DNA of 64,000 nucleotides from an uncultured Solirubrobacterales bacterium (GTDB lineage Bacteria; Actinomycetota; Thermoleophilia; Solirubrobacterales; 70-9): positions 776,848 to 840,847 of the forward strand of contig CAVQPE010000008.1 of NCBI GenBank assembly GCA_963714665.1, written 5' to 3'. Positions 62,888-64,000 of this stretch are shown piece after piece; the first letter of the stretch is position 1, and each line of letters opens with the position of its first letter. The notes beneath the pieces were generated by a model. It was not told the DNA's origin, did not search any database, and saw nothing but the letters and a program-made list of their open reading frames with translations. The position numbers and the translations under genes are program-made.

Positions 62888-64000
62888 GTGCCCACTGGCA
62901 AGGACGACGGGGGTCTCGGCGACGCTCGCGCGGCGAGCTGCGCGAGTTGTAACGCTACGCTCGCGAGCAGCCAGCGCTACTGCGTCAAGTGCGGCGCCCG
63001 CCGCGGGCCGGTACCCGCGGCGTTCGCCAGCTGGCTCTCGATCATGCGGCCGGATGCCAGCTCTGAGGTGGCAACGAGAGGCGCGGGGCCGGACACCGAG
63101 GAGAGCACTGCCGCTGCTGCCGTTGCGGAGGAGGCGGTCTTCGAGGACTCGACCCTGGCCGAGCGCTTCATGCCGGAGCCGCGCAGCGCCGCGATCGCGA
63201 CGATGGCCCTGCTTGCCTTCGGCGTCGTCGTCGGCGCCGCCACCGGCCCGCTTGCCCAGAGCGCCGGCTTCTCGCCGATAGTGGTTGAAATGGGGTCCAG
63301 CCCGAGTGCGGCGAGCAGCGCCGAACCGGAAGGCGAAGCGTCGGAACCGATCGCGGAAGCCCCGGTGGAACCGGAAGCCACCTCATCCGCGGTGCCGGGT
63401 GCAGCGCCGCCCGAAGCCTTGCCCCCCGTTCCCGAAAAAGCGAAGACGGAATTCCCCGAAGAAGAAGCCCTTCCGCCGGTCCAGCACGTGTTCATGATCG
63501 TTCTCGGGGACCACGGCTACGAAGAAGGCTTCGGGGAAGGCTCGCAGTCGACCTACCTGTCGCAAACCCTGCCCGCCAAGGGCGAGCTGCTCTCCAACTA
63601 TTACGCGGTGACCCAGGGCGCCCTGGCGAACGAGGTGGCGCTGATCAGCGGCCAGGGGCCGACTCCGGCGACGGCGGCGAACTGCCCCGAATACAAGGAC
63701 GTCTCGCCGGGGGCACTGAACGCGGAAGGCCAGGCCGAAGGCGACGGTTGCGTCTACCCGGCCGAAGCCAAGACCTTGCCCGGTCAGCTGGTGGAAGCCA
63801 AAGAGAGTTGGAAGGCCTACGTCGAGGGCATCGACAACGGCCAAGCGGGCCAGCCGGCCAGCTGCCGGCATCCGGCGCTCGGGGCCCCCGACGACGCTCA
63901 GGCGCCGCGCCCCGCCGATGCGTATGAGACCTGGCGCAACCCGTTCGTCTACTTCCACTCGCTCACCGACAGCGCCGACTGCGGCGAACGCGACGTCGGC
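62888..64000 (+). CDS. Zinc-ribbon / TM-anchored phosphoesterase-family (PlcN/AcpA-like) protein with divergent catalytic motifs; 3' end outside window
   Basis: I translated this frame by hand from GTG 62888 to 64000 and found no stop. It is absent from the ORF track because it is open-ended. CASCNATLASSQRYCVKCG, the TM AIATMALLAFGVVVGAA, then VQHVFMIVLGDHGYEEGFG...LSNYYAVTQGALANEVALISGQ...WRNPFVYFHS follow the phosphoesterase family order. Confidence 0.6.
   Translation, partial: MPTGKDDGGLGDARAASCASCNATLASSQRYCVKCGARRGPVPAAFASWLSIMRPDASSEVATRGAGPDTEESTAAAAVAEEAVFEDSTLAERFMPEPRSAAIATMALLAFGVVVGAATGPLAQSAGFSPIVVEMGSSPSAASSAEPEGEASEPIAEAPVEPEATSSAVPGAAPPEALPPVPEKAKTEFPEEEALPPVQHVFMIVLGDHGYEEGFGEGSQSTYLSQTLPAKGELLSNYYAVTQGALANEVALISGQGPTPATAANCPEYKDVSPGALNAEGQAEGDGCVYPAEAKTLPGQLVEAKESWKAYVEGIDNGQAGQPASCRHPALGAPDDAQAPRPADAYETWRNPFVYFHSLTDSADCGERDVG

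Noticed and set aside
1-64000. A CRISPR array.
   Set aside because: I found no run of regularly spaced direct repeats with unique spacers. The repeated elements present are isolated palindromes or hairpins kilobases apart.

Overview
This is a very GC-rich chromosomal window. Hand counts of single 60-nt lines give about 70-78% G+C. The gene content looks actinobacterial: an F420/deazaflavin-type nitroreductase, an Rv2578c-type radical SAM protein, a CU044_5270-like anti-sigma partner, and many GTG/TTG starts with 4-nt ATGA/GTGA gene overlaps. No organism can be named from the sequence alone.

Recognisable core genes:
- Lipid, folate and transcription genes: MMPL transporter tail, pgsA, folE2, and an RpoD-family sigma factor.
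- tRNA-Tyr.
- A block of four paralogous TetR-like genes around a secreted protein.
- Nucleotide and DNA genes: long-form dCTP-deaminase-like gene, YtoQ, a radical SAM protein and an ATP-dependent DNA ligase.
- An Opp/Dpp-type peptide ABC operon.
- Three MFS transporters, one with a MarR regulator.
- HD-GYP and GGDEF proteins.
- A long (Alu-domain) SRP RNA.
- An ABC-2 exporter and a CASTOR/POLLUX-like channel.
- Acetolactate decarboxylase and a GT-C membrane glycosyltransferase.
- dnaX-ybaB-recR.
- pstS divergent from pstCAB.
- A trio of zinc-ribbon proteins.

Accessory content:
- Two VapBC-like pairs, a GNAT/DUF1778 pair and a class-II-like Fic protein with an unusual operator array.
- A roughly 6.7 kb low-GC island (36854-43533) abutting the 3' end of tRNA-Val. 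It holds ten orphan ORFs, including nuclease-fold candidates, and is the best candidate for an undescribed defence-type system.

Two families of perfect palindromic or nested-hairpin repeats are scattered through the window.

About 20 otherwise conserved genes are split across reading frames, with almost every gene between 16.1 and 28.4 kb affected. I list these as pseudogenes. They could equally be uncorrected indel errors, so their coordinates are approximate.
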